This document shows, piece by piece, positions 44,018 through 48,918 of a stretch of DNA of 48,918 nt (position 1 is its first letter; every line of letters begins with the position of its first letter). Location of the stretch: assembly GCA_031363115.1 (NCBI GenBank), contig JANLTT010000294.1, positions 1 to 48,918 of the forward strand, read 5' to 3'. The notes beneath the pieces were generated by a model, which worked only from the letters and a program-made list of their open reading frames with translations, searched no databases and was not told the origin of the DNA. Origin of the DNA: Gemmatimonas sp. (GTDB taxonomy: Bacteria > Gemmatimonadota > Gemmatimonadetes > Gemmatimonadales > Gemmatimonadaceae). The position numbers and the translations under genes were made by a program.

Positions 44018-44958
44018 ACCGCCACCTCTCGATGGGGCCGGGCGCCGAGTTCGATGCCGTGCGTGCGTTGCTCGCACAGTGGGGCGCCGCGGCGGAAGGA
44101 GTCGGAGACGATGGCGCGGTACTTGATGTGCCGGCTGGATCGCGCCTGGTGGTGAGCACCGACACCACGGTGGAGGACGTGCACTTTCGTCGCCACTGGA
44201 TGACGCCGGAAGAAATCGGCTGGCGCGCGACGCAGGCCGCGCTCAGCGATCTCGCGGCGATGGGCGCGACTCCCCTTGGTGTCTTGCTCGCGCTGACGGT
44301 GCCGACGAACTGGCGTGAGGAGCTGACGGCGCTCGCCGATGGCATCGCCGCTGCGACGCGCTCGGTGCGCGCCCCGATTGTCGGTGGCGATGTCACCGAC
44401 GGCGATCGTCTCGCGCTCGCCATCACGGTGCTCGGTCATGCGACGCGTCCACTCTCGCGCGCGGGCGCTCGTCCCGGCGACACGCTCTACGTGACCGGCG
44501 CACTCGGCGGCCCGGGCGCGGCGCTCGCGGCATGGGAATCTGGCGCCACGCCCGCCGCGGAGGTACGTGAGCGCTTCGTGCGCCCCATGGCGCGCATCGC
44601 GGCCGGCGAGTGGCTCGCAACTCACGGCGCCACGGCGGCCATTGACCTCTCCGACGGACTCGCCGGCGATGTCGCGCATCTCGCGCATGCCAGCGGTGTG
44701 CATTGCGTCCTTGATCTCGACGCGATTCCCTGCGTTGCTGGCGTGGAGGTTGGTGCGGCGCTGGCGAGTGGCGAAGAGTACGAGTTGCTCATCGCGGCGC
44801 CGGCGCTCGACACCCGGGCCTTCGCCGCCGCGATGGGTGGGTTGACGCTCACGGCCGTTGGGCGCGTCGAACGCGCGAGCGGTGCCGCCGATGTCACCGC
44901 TGAGCGCGCTGGTCGCCCCGCGGCGTTGCCGCGTGCCCACGACCACTTCGCGTCATGA
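44014..44958 (+). CDS. thiL: Thiamine-monophosphate kinase
   Basis: EF, G.GDD.A, STD..VE.VHF, LSDLAAMGA.P, GGD, R.GA.PGD, IDLSDGL..D, GE.YELL. Confidence 0.93.
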   Translation: MNRHLSMGPGAEFDAVRALLAQWGAAAEGVGDDGAVLDVPAGSRLVVSTDTTVEDVHFRRHWMTPEEIGWRATQAALSDLAAMGATPLGVLLALTVPTNWREELTALADGIAAATRSVRAPIVGGDVTDGDRLALAITVLGHATRPLSRAGARPGDTLYVTGALGGPGAALAAWESGATPAAEVRERFVRPMARIAAGEWLATHGATAAIDLSDGLAGDVAHLAHASGVHCVLDLDAIPCVAGVEVGAALASGEEYELLIAAPALDTRAFAAAMGGLTLTAVGRVERASGAADVTAERAGRPAALPRAHDHFAS

Positions 44959-44989
44959 CTTTCTCGTCTCCGCTCTTTCCGGTGTGGCA

Positions 44990-45730
44990 ATGATTCGCGC
45001 GATTATCGTATTGTTCGGCGCGCCTATCTGCACGCTGATGTTCGGAGGCATGGCGATTCTCGCCGCGCTCTTCCGGATGAAGGACGGTCCGGACTCGTGG
45101 TACGCCAAGGCCCCGCGCTATTGGGGGCGCTCAATCCTCTGGATTTCCGGCGTGAAGATCGTGGAGCATGACGCGGAGCGAAAGAAGGGGGAGCAGCACG
45201 TGTTCGCCGTGAATCATGTCGCGAACTACGACGTGCTCGCCGTCGCCGCCAAGCTGCGGTGGATCAAGTTTGTGGCCAAGGCCGAGCTCTTCAAAATTCC
45301 CGGCTTCGGCAAGGCCATGCTCTCAGCGGGGATGATTCCGATTGAGCGCGCCAATCGGAAGGCGGCCTTTGGGTCGTACTCGCTGGCTACCAAGCGAATT
45401 CAGGCAGGAGCCTCTGTGGCGGTCTACCCCGAGGGGACGCGCGGGAATGCCTATCCGCTCCGTCCCTTCAAGAAGGGGCCCTTCGTGCTGGCTATTCAGG
45501 CGCAGGCTCCCGTCGTTCCGATTCTTGTGTATGGGCAGAAAGAGGTCCAGCCCGTGGGCAAGTTCAAGGTGACCCCCGGAATCATCCACATGCACTATCT
45601 CCCGCCAATCGAGACGACGGGAATGAACTATGAGGATCGCGACCAGCTGGCTCGGAAAACCTACGAGTCCATGGCTGCCTGCCTCGAGCGGGAGTACGGT
45701 GTTATTTCGCCTCCGTTTCGCGGGGCGTGA
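44990..45730 (+). CDS. plsC: 1-acyl-sn-glycerol-3-phosphate acyltransferase (PlsC family)
   Basis: NH....D, KFVAK.EL, I.I.R, YPEGTR, PFKKG; ATG 44990. Confidence 0.85.
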   Translation: MIRAIIVLFGAPICTLMFGGMAILAALFRMKDGPDSWYAKAPRYWGRSILWISGVKIVEHDAERKKGEQHVFAVNHVANYDVLAVAAKLRWIKFVAKAELFKIPGFGKAMLSAGMIPIERANRKAAFGSYSLATKRIQAGASVAVYPEGTRGNAYPLRPFKKGPFVLAIQAQAPVVPILVYGQKEVQPVGKFKVTPGIIHMHYLPPIETTGMNYEDRDQLARKTYESMAACLEREYGVISPPFRGA

Positions 45731-47076
<1,346 letters not shown>

Positions 47077-47077
<1 letters not shown>

Positions 47078-47448
47078 TGGCGGCAAAGAAGCGCGCGACC
47101 GCGACCGCCAGTGGCTCAAACGCGGGCGCGGGGCCACCGGCTCCGCGCACGCCTGGCTGGATCGCGACGCGCGTTGCTCTCGGCGCGATGGCGCTTGCCG
47201 CCATCGCGTTCGCGGTGCAGGGCGGGGAATACGGCACGACTGATTTGCTGTCCCTTCGGGGGCAAATCGCGGAGCAGACGGCGATTGTGGATTCGTTGGA
47301 GAAGCGCGTTGCCGAGTTGGTGGCCTACAAGAAGGCGGTAGAGACTGATCCGGTGGTGCAGGAGCGGATTGCCCGCGAGGAATTTGGGATGGTGAAGCCC
47401 GGCGAGGTGCTGTACCGCTTTGCCGATGGAGACTCGAAGGAGCCATAA
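47077..47448 (+). CDS. ftsB: Septum formation initiator (FtsB/DivIC)
   Basis: TM, G..G, coiled coil, E..ARE..GM.KPGE..Y; follows eno as in many bacteria. Confidence 0.85.
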
Positions 47449-47451
47449 CGG

Positions 47452-48918
47452 ATGCAGCGGTCTTGGCGGCGTACGGCACTCACGATTGCGACGCTCGCGA
47501 TCGCTGGCCTCAGTTGCGGTCGCGAGATCACCGGGCCCTCGCGGTCGGGTCCACGACTCAGCGCGGCGTTGGCGCTGGCGCCGCGCCTCCCGCAAGCTGT
47601 GCGTGCCGCCGACGGATCGAGTCTCGTCGCGTATCAGTCGGTGCGACTTGTCTTCCAACGGGCGGGGGGCGCGCTCGCGCTCGATCGCACGTATGCCTTT
47701 CCGTCGACCGCGGACTCGCTCGCCTTGAATGTGGCGGTCCCGCTCGGCGAAAGCGCGACGGACCAGGGTGAGTCGTTCGACCTCACGCTTCGTTTTCTCG
47801 CAGCGAATGGCGTGGTGTTGTTTGAGGGCGGGCCGGTGCCGGTCTTCGCGCGCGCCCAGAGCGCAACCGGCGAGCCGCCTGCCCCGGTCGAGATTCCCGT
47901 GACGTATGTGGGCCCAGGGGCTGAGGCCACGCGCGTTGTCATTGGCGGCGCAACGGTCCTGCAACTGACGGGAACGCAGTCCGTTGCCTTCTCGGCGCAG
48001 GCGTTCGATGCAATCGATCAGCTGGTCTCGGACGCACAGATCTTTTTTTCGAGTAGCGATACGAGTGTGCTGCAGCTGGATGCGGGCGGCAACGGGGCGG
48101 CACGCAATAAGCGCGGTTCGGCGTTCGTCATTGCGCGGCTTCCCACGGGCCAAGCCGACACTGTGGCGGTGAATGTGCAGCCGAGCGCCACGGCGCTCAG
48201 CGTGCTCAGCGGCAACGCGCAGACCGGCCCCGCCGGCAGCGTACTGTCGCAGGCCGTCACCGTGCGCGCCACCGGGGCCGATGGGTTCGGCGTCAGTGGT
48301 GTGAGCGTGAACTTCGCGACGGCATCGGGGGGATCCGTCTCGAGTGCGTCCGTCGTTACTGGTGTGACGGGCGAGGCGGCGGTGACGTGGACGCTTGGCG
48401 CGATCCCTGGTGCGCAGTCGCTGTCGGCGACGGCCGCGGGACTCACGGGGAGCCCGCTGACCTTCACGGCGACGGCGACGCCAGCGGTCGCCTCGCAACT
48501 CGCGTTCACCGTGCAGCCGGCAACCGTTGTCGCGGGCGTGGCCTTCGCGCCCTCGCTGCAGGTGACGGCACGCACGCTCACCGGCGAGACCGCGACCAAC
48601 TTCAGCGGCGCGATCACCATCGCGTTCAGCAGCAATCCGGCCAACGGCACGCTTGCCGGCGTGACAACCGTAAATGCCGTGAATGGCATCGCGGACTTCG
48701 GCGCCATCAGCATCGCGCGGGCGGGCACGGGCTATTCGCTGTCGGCCACAGCGGCGGCGCTTCCGAGCGTAACGTCGTCTACGTTCTCCGTCCTAGCGGC
48801 GAGTGCTCAGGCGCTTGAGTGGACACAGCAGCCGGTCGGGGGGAGCGCTGGCATCGTCCTCTCGCCGTCGGTGCGCGTGCGCGCGATGGATGCGTTCGGC
48901 AACACGGCGCTGACGGCG
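47452..48918 (+). CDS. Large Ig-like-repeat surface lipoprotein, truncated by the window edge (absent from the ORF track)
   Basis: MQRSWRRTALTIATLAIAGLS|C lipobox; frame appears open to the edge; Big_1-like SGN.QTG..G.....V...G.GV.GV.V.F...WTLG, then LAF..QP...F..A..NG.A.F...I..AGTGY.L.A repeats. Confidence 0.85.
   Translation, partial: MQRSWRRTALTIATLAIAGLSCGREITGPSRSGPRLSAALALAPRLPQAVRAADGSSLVAYQSVRLVFQRAGGALALDRTYAFPSTADSLALNVAVPLGESATDQGESFDLTLRFLAANGVVLFEGGPVPVFARAQSATGEPPAPVEIPVTYVGPGAEATRVVIGGATVLQLTGTQSVAFSAQAFDAIDQLVSDAQIFFSSSDTSVLQLDAGGNGAARNKRGSAFVIARLPTGQADTVAVNVQPSATALSVLSGNAQTGPAGSVLSQAVTVRATGADGFGVSGVSVNFATASGGSVSSASVVTGVTGEAAVTWTLGAIPGAQSLSATAAGLTGSPLTFTATATPAVASQLAFTVQPATVVAGVAFAPSLQVTARTLTGETATNFSGAITIAFSSNPANGTLAGVTTVNAVNGIADFGAISIARAGTGYSLSATAAALPSVTSSTFSVLAASAQALEWTQQPVGGSAGIVLSPSVRVRAMDAFGNTALTA

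Overview
GC-rich bacterial core-chromosome window, most likely Gemmatimonadota (inferred from the pilin-like motifs, Ig-like lipoproteins and gene order). It holds about 41 CDS and two tRNA-Ser genes (GCT, TGA); I see no integrase, transposase or CRISPR array. The blocks are: (1) a coupled operon rsmI-DUF4159-DUF4175-like-TPR-secreted GATase-like-JAB/DinG, then FAH and a hypothetical; (2) gltX-lexA-like; (3) three paralogous membrane-tethered pilin-domain genes interleaved with the tRNA-Ser genes; (4) a CatE-like VOC gene divergent from a Fur-boxed FecA-like TonB-dependent receptor and an Hpt-like gene; (5) valS-Ig lipoprotein-selA-gmhB-purN-purH-DUF2723; (6) thrS and thiolase/hbd/acyl-CoA DH/Leu DH; (7) rpiB-glyA-nnr-thiL-plsC-eno-ftsB and a truncated Ig-repeat lipoprotein. 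The best novelty candidates are the tRNA-embedded non-canonical pilin triplet, a LexA lacking its self-cleavage residues, and a possible DUF2723/D(S/T)-sequon O-glycosylation system. Others are a JAMM-intact JAB-DinG fusion, a His-less Hpt and a heptamer inverted-repeat family. All family calls come from motif recognition by eye, not database searches.
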